Shown here: positions 18,903 through 29,300 of the stretch, piece after piece
Position numbering within the stretch: position 1 is the first letter of the stretch
Layout of the letters: every line of letters starts with the position of its first letter
Origin: a virus
Taxonomy: Duplodnaviria > Caudoviricetes
Direction: 5' to 3' (one strand)
Length of the DNA: 64,000 bases
IMG/VR virus record: IMGVR_UViG_3300032301_000632
Coordinates: 1-64,000 of that record
The notes under the pieces: model-generated
The model's database searches: none
What the model was told of the DNA's origin: nothing
The model's input: only the letters and a program-made list of their open reading frames with translations
Made by a program: the position numbers and the translations under genes

Positions 18903-19883
18903 ATGACACAGTCTGAGAATCAAAAACAAGAATTGTTCAATCAAGAATTAGCTATGCAACTAATTGAGTCTACTGAAGAGTTTCCTATTGACTTTGATGT
19001 AGCATGGCAATGGTTAGATTACAGTCGTAAAGATAGCGCAAAACGTCACTTTTTGAAAGCTAATTTTCTAAAAGATATAGACTACCGCTCATTCCACACT
19101 ACTGTGGAGCGAGAAATTGGAGCAACAACTACAGAAAAAATACTACTTACTGTAGAGTGTTTAAAATTGTGGGCTATGATGGCCAACACAGAGCAAGGAT
19201 TATTAGTACGAAAATACTTTCTTGAATGTGAGAAAATTGCTAAACAGAAAACAACAGCTATAAAACCAATGAGCCAAGCAGAAATGTTTTTCATGGTAGC
19301 TGAGACATTGTTAAAACTTGAAAAAGATGCAGCCTTAACTAATGCGATCGCTATTGAAGCTAACTCTACCGCTAAATTAGCTGACGGCAAAGCAGACCAA
19401 GCAAGTGCTGATGCTAAACAAGCTTTACTTGCTACAGCCGAGAACTCTCTTGAGGTAGCTAAAAATACTCAAGCTTTAGAAGAACTAAAAGCAGCTATGG
19501 TTTCTCTTGAAAACACTGTTAGCAAGTTCTCTAATGCTGGTAATCTACAATCTAAACGTAACTTGCTAAATGAATTCATACAGCATTTAGGTATCATACT
19601 ATCTATCAAATATGGCCTTAGCAAAGATAATGGTATGCGTAGAGCATGGAATAGTCTGGGTGTTAAATTGAGAAATTCAATACACAAGTTTGACTTAAAC
19701 TTGAGAATAGCTAACGAAAAACGTGTGTACAATCAGCAGCTAGAACAGTGGGAGAAGAATGGTAAACCAAGAGGGCAAAAGCCTAATAAACCAACAAGGT
19801 CTGAATTGTTAGAAAACAATCAAAAGTTAGAAGCTGCACTTGAATGCTGTACATTACTTGCAGCTGAAGTAGTAGTTAACTAA
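18903..19883 (+). CDS. AntA/AntB-type antirepressor N-domain plus coiled coil and shared C-terminal domain
   Basis: FPIDFDVAWQWLDYSRK...LTVECLKLWAMM...GLLVRKYFLECEK. Confidence 0.78.
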   Translation: MTQSENQKQELFNQELAMQLIESTEEFPIDFDVAWQWLDYSRKDSAKRHFLKANFLKDIDYRSFHTTVEREIGATTTEKILLTVECLKLWAMMANTEQGLLVRKYFLECEKIAKQKTTAIKPMSQAEMFFMVAETLLKLEKDAALTNAIAIEANSTAKLADGKADQASADAKQALLATAENSLEVAKNTQALEELKAAMVSLENTVSKFSNAGNLQSKRNLLNEFIQHLGIILSIKYGLSKDNGMRRAWNSLGVKLRNSIHKFDLNLRIANEKRVYNQQLEQWEKNGKPRGQKPNKPTRSELLENNQKLEAALECCTLLAAEVVVN

Positions 19884-20862
19884 GCTTTGTATAAAATTTA
19901 TTCAACAACACAAAAAAGTACAACTAATGAGCATCATATCAAAAACTTTCAATGACCGAGTTATCCGTATTCGCAAAGAAGATAGATACGTATCAGCTAC
20001 TGACATGGCACAAGCTTGTGGTAAACTATTTGGTCACTGGAACACTTTAAAAGCTACAACTGAGTATTTACAAGTTCTTGAACCCGTTATCGGAATTCCG
20101 ATAACGGAAATAATTGAGATAAATAAAGGAGGTATACCTGAGAATCAAGGTACATGGCTGCATCCCAAAGTTGCATTAAGATTTGCTCAATGGTGTAGTG
20201 CCGAATTTGCAGTACAAGTAGATTGTTGGATTGATGAGCTTCTGCTTAATGGAACAGTCTCTGTCAAGCCTTTAAGTCCTGGAGAGGCAATGAGAATGTA
20301 TGCGGATGCTTTAATTGCTTTAGAACAAGAAGCAGCAGTAACTAAAGCAATTGCTATTGAAGCTAACTCTACCGCTAAATTAGCTGACTCCAAAGCAGAC
20401 CAAGCTCTACTTGCTACAGCTGAGAATTCTCTTGAGGTAGCTAAGAATACTCAAGCTTTAGAGGGGCTAAAATTAGCAATGGTTTCTCTTGAAAACACTG
20501 TTAGCAAGTTCTCTTCTGCGGATAGTCTTCAATCCAAGCGAAATTTACTAAACGAGTTTATCCAACACTTTGGTGGTATACTAGCCATTAAACATGGTAT
20601 TAGTATTGCTGACGGTATTCGTAAAGCATGGAGTAGTTTAAGTCTTAAGCTGCGTAATTCGGTATACAGGTTTGATTTAAATTCAAGAGTTGCTAATGAG
20701 GAACGTGTATACAAGCAACAATTAGAGCAATGGGAAAAGAATGGAAAGCCAAGAGGTCAAAAGCCTACTAAGAAAACACGACCTGATTTGCTTGAGGATG
20801 ACCAAAAGTTAGAAGCTGCTTTAGAATGTTGTACAGTATTAGCTACGGAGGTTATTAATTAA
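19350..20862 (+). repeat. Direct duplication of about 510-535 nt (about 19350-19883 and 20352-20862)
   Basis: Identical runs such as gctattgaagctaactctaccgctaaattagctgac and gtttctcttgaaaacactgttagcaagttctct occur in both genes. Confidence 0.9.
19927..20862 (+). CDS. KilA-N domain protein with the same C-terminal module as 18903-19883
   Basis: IRIRKEDRYVSATDMAQACGK...GTWLHPKVALRFAQWCSAEFAVQV. Confidence 0.88.
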   Translation: MSIISKTFNDRVIRIRKEDRYVSATDMAQACGKLFGHWNTLKATTEYLQVLEPVIGIPITEIIEINKGGIPENQGTWLHPKVALRFAQWCSAEFAVQVDCWIDELLLNGTVSVKPLSPGEAMRMYADALIALEQEAAVTKAIAIEANSTAKLADSKADQALLATAENSLEVAKNTQALEGLKLAMVSLENTVSKFSSADSLQSKRNLLNEFIQHFGGILAIKHGISIADGIRKAWSSLSLKLRNSVYRFDLNSRVANEERVYKQQLEQWEKNGKPRGQKPTKKTRPDLLEDDQKLEAALECCTVLATEVIN

Positions 20863-20902
20863 AGATGGAGAGCCATGTAAAACACTAACCGAAGCTCTAA
20901 AC

Positions 20903-21169
20903 ATGCCAGAGGAAGCGTTTGCACATGCGCTACTATCATTTACTAATGAGCAGATATTTAGCAATCTAGAAAGCTTAAAGCTAACAACTAGATGGCGTTA
21001 TGGTTGCTATGGTCCAGAGTTTATACAAGTTCGTACAGAAGAAGAAGGACTTATCAGTTATAGATCTATACGTGGTGAGAATAAGCCTGGTATAGGTACC
21101 TGTATACAAGAAGCTAAAGATAACTATCTAAGCATTATTAATGCATTATCCTCTGAAGTTGTGATTTAA
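20903..21169 (+). CDS. Hypothetical protein
   Basis: 88-aa ORF. Confidence 0.6.
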   Translation: MPEEAFAHALLSFTNEQIFSNLESLKLTTRWRYGCYGPEFIQVRTEEEGLISYRSIRGENKPGIGTCIQEAKDNYLSIINALSSEVVI

Positions 21170-21179
21170 TCTTTATAGT

Positions 21180-21196
21180 CGTGGGGATACCCCACG
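21180..21196 (+). terminator. GC-rich hairpin, possible terminator or regulatory element
   Basis: CGTGGGG-ATA-CCCCACG perfect stem between two ORFs. Confidence 0.5.
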
Positions 21197-21205
21197 CTCT
21201 TATTT

Positions 21206-21385
21206 ATGGACAAATATCCGATTTTATATCTAGCCATTTTACCGTATGTATACTGTGCATTGTTTTACTTAGCAGCATACTATTTAAGACCTAGAAACAT
21301 GTGTTCAGTAACTCTTATAATTTTCCAAGTCACCCTAGGAGTTAATGCTATTATCATGGCCTTTATTACTTACAAGTATGGCTAA
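21206..21385 (+). CDS. 59-aa two-TM membrane protein (absent from the ORF track)
   Basis: Translated by hand: MDKYPILYLAILPYVYCALFYLAAYYLRPRNMCSVTLIIFQVTLGVNAIIMAFITYKYG*; overlaps the next start codon. Confidence 0.65.
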   Translation: MDKYPILYLAILPYVYCALFYLAAYYLRPRNMCSVTLIIFQVTLGVNAIIMAFITYKYG

Positions 21386-21611
21386 ACCCCCTGATTACCA
21401 AAGGTTAAACAGACGAATAGCTAATCAATACAGAGATACTAGAAATAGAGTATTAAACTTACTCACAATGTTCGTAGTAAGTTTTGGAGTTGTTGTGATG
21501 ATATCACAAGTCCCAATAGTAACCTCGTTTTGTATTGTTTTAACATTAGGATGTTTAACCGCATGGCTTGCATTGTTAATAGCCCATATGTATTCACAAG
21601 ATGATGATTAA
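21378..21611 (+). CDS. Small two-TM membrane protein (start more likely 21378 than 21345)
   Basis: MAKPPDYQRL... has a basic N-terminus then two hydrophobic helices; its ATG overlaps the end of the upstream ORF. Confidence 0.65.
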   Translation: MAKPPDYQRLNRRIANQYRDTRNRVLNLLTMFVVSFGVVVMISQVPIVTSFCIVLTLGCLTAWLALLIAHMYSQDDD

Positions 21612-21664
21612 ATGAGCTATTATTTAAAAAGACTGTTTTTCTAACCACCAACAAGGAAATAAAG

Positions 21665-21943
21665 ATGAGTAGATTTGAATTTGTTAATGTATACGGTAAC
21701 GTAGCTAATGATGATAACTGCACAGAAGAGTTAAAAAGAATAGGTAGAATTATAATCAATACAGATTATGTTATCACCGCCAAACCAATTGCCAACAAAA
21801 CAGTTGACACAGAAGACCTACTTTATGTAGTAGAGTTAGATATAAAAGAGACCGAATTTGCTAAAGGTGTTCTAATAACAGACCAAACATCTGTAGAATA
21901 TATAGTAGAAGAGCCACAGAAAAAGAGTGCAATAATCTACTAG
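21665..21943 (+). CDS. Hypothetical protein
   Basis: 92-aa ORF with AAAGATG start context. Confidence 0.6.
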   Translation: MSRFEFVNVYGNVANDDNCTEELKRIGRIIINTDYVITAKPIANKTVDTEDLLYVVELDIKETEFAKGVLITDQTSVEYIVEEPQKKSAIIY

Positions 21944-21986
21944 TTACAATAGAATGGTAGTATTATCTAGAAATTTAATGTAGAAT

Positions 21987-22361
21987 ATGGCTATTAATAC
22001 ATCACTACCATTCAGTCAATCAGTAGGAGGAAGAGCAGTTAGTATACCAGTAGCTGCTTATCCTGGACAAGTAATTCACCAGTCAATAACCGAAAAAGAT
22101 TTTATCTGGTTATGGCTTAGCCTACCTAGTTATGTCCCGTATACAGAATGGGTACACGTTGTTTTAGTGAAAGGAAACCCAGCAGGTGGATACGTTAAAG
22201 ATAGTTTAATCTATGTACCTGGTGGTCAGAAAATATTAGTAGAGAGTGGAACTCTTTTAACCAACAACTGTAATATATATGCTTATATCGACTCAACTAG
22301 CTCCTCAGTTACCAATATATCAGTCTCAGCATCAGGCTATGTACACCGACGGATTGAATAG
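21987..22361 (+). CDS. Small beta-rich phage protein, probably virion-associated
   Basis: GGRAVSIPVAA.PG..IH...IWLW...GYVHRI pattern recalled from uncultured tailed-phage proteins. Confidence 0.5.
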   Translation: MAINTSLPFSQSVGGRAVSIPVAAYPGQVIHQSITEKDFIWLWLSLPSYVPYTEWVHVVLVKGNPAGGYVKDSLIYVPGGQKILVESGTLLTNNCNIYAYIDSTSSSVTNISVSASGYVHRRIE

Positions 22362-23010
22362 TTTAAATAAATATTTAAAGATTGCCGAGTTGGCTAAAGA
22401 AGAAGCTGTTTATGCTCATATAGACCTAACAAAAGAAGGCTATCTAAGTTTTAGATTATTTAACATTGATGATTTAAAGATATATGCAATTGAGGATACA
22501 GAGAAATTTATTATTTCTATATCAATGCCAATTACTATAGAAAATTTAAGAGTATATTTAGATAGCTCTGAGTATGTCAACATTAATGGGTATACACAAT
22601 TAAAAAAAATCACAGAAAAAGCAGAAAAAGTTTATGACGAGGTAGTCCAACCATTTCTGCATTTGAATCATCAAAAAGAATTTGTGTATACAGGGTTTAG
22701 TCTAGGTGGAGCTATATCTAATAGCCTACTTACTGTAACTCCCCATAATAGCTCAGCTGTTACTATTGGTGCACCACCAATATTTAAAAGTATTAAAACA
22801 AAAAAAAGAACTAAATCAGTAAACTATTACCATCCAAATGATGGAATATCCCAATATAGTATGCCTAGTAGATTACATATCGGTAATCAAGTTCAAATTA
22901 CTGAGAGTGTTAATCAAAAAATGACATTGTTAGACCTACTCTATTTTCATAATTTGAATACCTATAGGGTATCTTCTATTGGGACAAATCCAAACTCACA
23001 AACATTTTGA
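22339..23010 (+). CDS. Lipase class 3-like alpha/beta hydrolase (start likely 22339)
   Basis: VYTGFSLGGAIS nucleophile elbow (GxSxG), VTIGAPPI, HPNDGI (Asp), FHNLNTY (His). Confidence 0.8.
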   Translation: MYTDGLNSLNKYLKIAELAKEEAVYAHIDLTKEGYLSFRLFNIDDLKIYAIEDTEKFIISISMPITIENLRVYLDSSEYVNINGYTQLKKITEKAEKVYDEVVQPFLHLNHQKEFVYTGFSLGGAISNSLLTVTPHNSSAVTIGAPPIFKSIKTKKRTKSVNYYHPNDGISQYSMPSRLHIGNQVQITESVNQKMTLLDLLYFHNLNTYRVSSIGTNPNSQTF

Positions 23011-23276
23011 TTTTCTTCATGAGGCTGGAACTTAAAATAGGCAAAATTAGGGTCAGTTAATAGAGTAGCTATTACATCATGGATTTGTACTCCATTAGCT
23101 TTAGCATACATATAAGCTCGACCTATTATATCTTCTCTAATATGAATAACTACAGGATAGTATACCTCAGTTCTATCTGGTGGTAAAGGTTCATCACTAT
23201 GTTCTTCATTTTCCATGTATTGTTCTTTTTCTTTTATGAAATTTTTATATTTTCTAAATTCTTCATTAATATCCAT
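22962..23276 (-). CDS. Small protein, possibly ribbon-helix-helix
   Basis: VVIHIREDIIGRAYMYAKANGVQIHDVIATLL; last gene of the minus-strand arm. Confidence 0.5.
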   Translation of the reverse strand: MDINEEFRKYKNFIKEKEQYMENEEHSDEPLPPDRTEVYYPVVIHIREDIIGRAYMYAKANGVQIHDVIATLLTDPNFAYFKFQPHEENQNVCEFGFVPIEDTL

Positions 23277-23336
23277 AGTTATATACTCGTTAATTATAAA
23301 ATTTGTTAATTGTTTAACTATACTTTAGCAAATATT

Positions 23337-26300
23337 TTAATAAGCATGTGCATCAAATAAAGATTCATCTTCAAAATAAGAAAATCCAGTTACATTAAAA
23401 TAATTATCTTTTTCATAAGCATCAGGCTCAGCTACATGTACAGTAGTTTTCTGACCTTTTTTAGTAGGTACAACTGTAGGTTTAGGTGCTGGTCTTGGAG
23501 TATAATGTTGGTCAACATTAGATAAGTCAGTATCTGTATCTAAGTCTAGTTTTACAGCTTTACCTGGAGCTTCTTGAGCTTTAACAGACTGAGCATATGT
23601 AGCTAATTGTGACAATTCATCTATAGCTAGATTAGTTTCTTCATATTGTTCAGCAGCATCTACTTTAGCAGCAGTAGTAACAGTTGCTTTAGCACGCTCA
23701 GACCCACTGATATCTGTAGGCAGTGGTTTTTTAGATTCTTCTTTAGCGGCATTTAAGGCTTCTAATTGGTCATAATATACCTCAGCTTGTTTTCTATAAA
23801 ATTCTTCTAGTTTAGAATTATCTCCTGTAGCAGCTGCTTGTCTAATTAAAGCTTCTAAGTTAGCATCCATTGCTGATGTTTCTAAAATAGATACTCCACT
23901 TCTTACAGTTGATAGAGTATCACCACTAGCAGTTTTGTGTTGTTGACTAAATGCACCAAACTTCTCTGCTGCTGCTACATCATATGGGTGTATACTTGAA
24001 CCATCAGAATTATATCTAGAGCCAGGGATTACACCGGATGACCCACCATACCAATCTAAGTGTAGTTCAACTGCATATGCTCCTTGTGCTTCTTGTTGAG
24101 CTAAGTATTCATGACCTGTACTAATATTTTGTCCAGCTTTTTGTCTGTATACAGAAGTGTCCCAACCTCTCTCTTTACCTACTTGTGCATAAACATCAGC
24201 AGCTACACTAGTTGCATATGACTCCACACTTCTATTTAATCCATCTTTTGTTGTTATACCATGACCAGACTTACCAGAAGTACCAGTACCATAGTCAGCT
24301 TGGTGACCAGCAGCAAATATAATTCGCTTAGTATAGTTAGTTTGTTGAGCTGAAGCCCAATCTGCTACTTGTTTAGTATATTTACTTCCTTCAAATCCAC
24401 CAGATAAATTAACTCCTACTTCAGTTGTACTAGCTCTTTCTAAAATTCCTGCACTACCTCCACCCCCAGGTTCTGACCCAGCTTGATTAGCACCATGACT
24501 AAACATCATCATTGCTGTATTTTTGATATTAGACCAAGTATGTGATAAAGCTTCTTTAGCTACCACCCATGTACGTTTAACAGTCTCACTAAATGCTTTT
24601 ATACCAGCTTGAACATACTTCATTAATGACCCTTCTTTTTTTAGTTTTAGATTTTTTACTTCAGGGTTAAACTCAATAGGTGCAACCTGATTAAAAACTA
24701 AATGCTCTACCCCATAATCTTTTTTATCTTTTGTATCTTCCTGTTCTTCATTATTTTTATCTTTATTTTTATTAGATTTTTTAATTAACTTGTCTGCTTT
24801 ATGTAGCTCAATAGTAGTTAATTTAATTTTCCCTGTTTTAGGTAAAGTAAGTTTAGATAAGTCCGCTGTAGTAAATATTTTACTAGCTTTATCATGTCTT
24901 TCTTGAACATCTTTTAGCTCTGCTGTTAGCGTAATAAACTGTTCTTCTATTTCTTTCTGTCTAACTATCTGTGTAATTGATACTTGTTTGGATGTTTTGG
25001 CTATATCAGAAATTGATTTACCTTGTCTATATAACTCGAACGACTCCTCTCCAGATAACCCAGATGCTGTTTTAATACGTTGTGCTTTTTCTCGTTCTCT
25101 AGATTTATCTACCCTATGCTGATAAGTATCAGTATTCTTTTCTGTATGCATTGCTAACTCAGTAGTTAATAAATGCCCTAAGATAATACCAGCACCTATT
25201 AGAGCAATAAGGGGCAATACAGCTAGCCCAATAGTTAAGCCAACTATACCTGCAAGTAAAGCCCCAATAACTATACCAAGTGTTTGATATGTACTAACTT
25301 TTTTAGCCGAGACTTTATTTTCATATGCTCGTTTAGCATATACTTTACCTACTTGGTCACCTGCATAGTCAGCTACTAAACCTAAACCTAATCCTAAAAC
25401 TGGATTAATTAGTCCTATCATTTCAGCACCTAATCCCCAAGTACCAGCAAAAGAGCGTCTCATACCTGACTCGTACATGTCTTTACTACCGTTGTACTCG
25501 TCTTCGACTTTATTTAAGCGTTCATGACCACTCATCATAATTACAGTGCTTATAGCTACTGAAGCTGGAGTGGCTAACTTATTAACTATGTTGCCTACAG
25601 GTTTTAAAGCATGAATTGCTTTTTCTGATACTCTACCAATTAAAGACCCTCTACCTACAATAGCTTTAGGTAGTCTATCTAATTGCTTACTAATAAACAA
25701 CATAGTTTTATTAGATGTATCAATTTGTGTTTCTACAGTAACTATCTGTCCTTTAAGAGCCCTTCTTCTAGCTAATAATAATTTTAAATCTCCAGCTTCA
25801 TTAGGATTAACAGAACCAAAACCTTTAGCACTAGATGTTGATGATTCTACTAGCTCACCACCAATACTAGGCATTTTACCAGCTGCTATATTAGGGTCAT
25901 ACAGTACTATAGCCCCACCTTTTTCTAAATTTAGGTCAATGTGAGTCATCTCACTTAATTCAACAATGTCATCCGCAACATTAGGTATTCTACTTGTTTG
26001 TATACTAGGGTCATAAGGGATAATAGCTCCACCTTTTTCATAGCTAAGGTCTAGTGTTTCATCTAAACTAGTAGCCCAAGTACTATGATATATTCCATCA
26101 TCTGGAGAGTATTCCCACTTAATTTTAAAATCAGCTTTAGGTGCAGCATCAATAGTTTCATCTAATGTTGTAACTAGAGTATTTGTTTTAGGTGATGTAT
26201 ACTCTAAAGGCGACTTAGTATTAGTCTCTCCAACAAGTTGAATTGCTAGTTTTTCCCCTGCTGTTTTAGTAGCTGCACTAACAATAGGAGTTTTTCCATG

Positions 26301-29300
26301 TGGCATATAATCAATAGCAGTACTTATTTTACTTTTACCACTAAAATTAATTTCTGGTTTTGGTAATTTAGAACCTTTTTTTGGTTTAGGAGTATTCGAC
26401 CCTAAATCTTGAGATAATTTACTTACAGATGTCTTTGGTTTTGTACTAGGTTTAACTGCTTTCGGACTACTAGCTAATCTACCTTTACCTGGTTTACCAG
26501 CTTGTTTAAGTTTAGTAGCCATACTAGTTCTTTTTATCCCTCTTATAGCCTCTTCTACTTCATCTAATTCACTAGTTAAAGTAGCTAGCTGTTTTTGATG
26601 ACCAACTAAAGCTTCAGATAAACCTTCAGCTTGTTTATTTAAACTGGTAATAGACTCCTCTAAAGCATGAACATTTAATAGTTCAGGATTTTTAGCAACT
26701 GATGCTAATACCTTATCTCCTATATCATCAGCAATAGCATCAAAGCCTATACTTTTTAGATATCTAAATCTATCTAACATATTAGTACCACCAGGCACTG
26801 CATTAACTAAACTTAAAAATCCTTCATTTCTACTATGAGAAATAAATCTAAAAGCTTTTGCTAATAAAATCTTTCCACCTTTACTAGTCTGACCAGCATG
26901 TTCAGTTAAATATTTAGTAGACCATTTAACCGCTTTAGTAGCTAACTTATCAATTACTTTAGTGCGTAAAAAATCTCCAGCTGCATTAGCGATCGCTGAT
27001 TTCTGTATTGTACGTTTAATGCCATATTGTAAATAAGCTACTTCATCATTATCATTTAATCGCTGTCTTTCATCTATCCAACTATCAGATGGTTTAGATA
27101 AAGCAGATAAACCACCCGCTGTAAAAATATCTAAGAATGGTCCAAATGCTCGATAACCAAATAATCCGCCTATAAAATAGTTAGTAGTTGTTAATAAATT
27201 AGTAAATGCAAAGCTAGTCTCTAATTTAGACATACCATCTTTTTGCATTTTAAAGTAGTCAACACTATAGTATGCAATAGAACCTATATCAACTATAGGA
27301 CCCATGCCATCTAGTAAACTTTCTTTAACTCCTCGTACACCAAACTTGGTTACCATTCGGGCTGCACTTCTATTACCAGACAGTGCTACTTGAGTAAGCT
27401 TTCTTAGTATTAATCTTTCTCCAGCTTGTATACCTTTACCAATCGCTTTCTTATTATCAAAGAATAAATTTGCTGCAATCAGACCGCCAGCAATTAAATC
27501 ATGTTTATCTCTATCTCCATCAGTAAAAGAATTAATAGCATATGCGCCTAAAATAGAATACCTTACAAATCTAAAAGCTGTTGTGGATTGTAACTTTGTA
27601 AATTTATTAGGGCTCTTTAAATAATCTACCGCTGATGCACCTAGCATATATCCAGCAGTACCCATAATAGCGTCACGCTGTGCACGTTCATCGTCAGTAC
27701 TAATACCTGCTATTAGCCCCATAACCCCAACGGCTAATCCTAATCCATATTTTTGAAATAACTTACTTCTCCAAGCTTTAGTAGTAGCTAATTTAACATC
27801 TATCTTTGTTAGTTTTACTTCTCTAGAAGTAAGTTTGTATCCATTTAAACTTTGAATTCTTTCTCTAAATGAACTAATTTGACCAATTGCTAAACTACGA
27901 TTTATGTCATAACTTAACATACCACCATAAGTAGCTCCTGCTAGAAAACTTCCTGTATCTTGGTTTATATAATCCCCACCATATTTAGCTAATCCAGCAG
28001 CTCCTACTCGTAACCCAACACTACCATATTGTTTCAATATAGGTAGGGCTAACTTTTTATTTCTAATTAAGTCATATGCAACTGCTGATACTGCACTACT
28101 GCCAGCTAGAGTATAATCTTCTTGGCTTATTTCACCATTTCTTAATTTCTGTGCTGCTAAAAATGCAGCTGGGAATAAAGCATATCTAAATAAAGAATAT
28201 TTAGTTGAAACTAATTTAAAAGAGTCATGAGATAAGTTAGCACCAATATACGCCCCCATAACAGCGCTCTCTACTTTATTTAGCTCACCTTTTTTATACA
28301 TCGTGTATGCAAAAATAGGTGCATATCTAGAAGCTACAAATAGTGACTTTCTATTTGTATACATAGATTTAACAGTCTTACTAGTTATGTTTAAGGTTTC
28401 ATTTAAAGCATTAACAGTTGGCATTGGATTTCTAATAATGTCATAAGACATTGACCCAACAAACATACCAACAGCAAATGCATAGTCTTCTTTAGTGATT
28501 TCTCCTTTACTTATTTGTTGATTTAATAAAACTGTAGAGGGTAACAATAAATGTCTACCTAACTTCAATACACCTTTGGAGATATTTACAACTGGTACGC
28601 TCTCTTCACTAGCAACAACTTTAGAGGCTGTTTGTATTGGAGGCTTAGGTGCTGGTATTTTAACGCCCGGTGTTTTAGTTGGTGGTATTAAATTACCTTC
28701 TGTATCAATAGTTCCTAAAAATCTAGTACCTGTTGATTTAGGTTGTTTCTTATATCTCCGAGCACGATTATAAGGAACAATAGCTCCTCCTACTTCCTCA
28801 ACACTGCCATCAGGACGTATATAGCCTAAAAATCTAGAACTAATAGGTTTAACTCTTGGTTTATAACTTCTTTGATGTTTATAAGGAACAATAGCACCAC
28901 CTGGTTCATCAGTAAAAGGATGATAGCCTCCGGTAGAATCAAAATATCCTGTAGATGCAGCAGATGATACTCCTAATCTTCCTCTAATAACTGGTCTTTT
29001 GTTAGGAGTATACTTAACAATAGCCCCTCCTTGTTTAGCTTTATAAGGGACAATAGCTCCACCTTTGTCGTATGGTACAATAGCCCCTCCAGGTTCATGG
29101 GGTGTAGGTAAATTTAAAACAGGTCTAGATGTGACATCTATGGTCTGAGACATTGCATCATCTAGAATGCTAGTGGGAGTTCTGCCTGTAACTACTCTTC
29201 TAGACCTGGTAGGTATAATAGCCCCACCTAACTCTTCTTGATACTTAACAATAGCACCTGGTCTAGCATTTGGGTCAAATGTAGGATTAGGATTATATTT

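Noticed and set aside
4643..21759. Minus-strand ORFs at 4643, 8562, 17785, 19082, 19469, 20187, 20529 and 21463
   Set aside because: Each lies antisense to better-supported + strand genes; the paired ones at 19-20 kb simply mirror the duplicated genes
9289..23336. tRNA or other structured RNA genes in intergenic gaps
   Set aside because: Gaps are short and AT-rich; only simple terminator-like hairpins were seen and no cloverleaf
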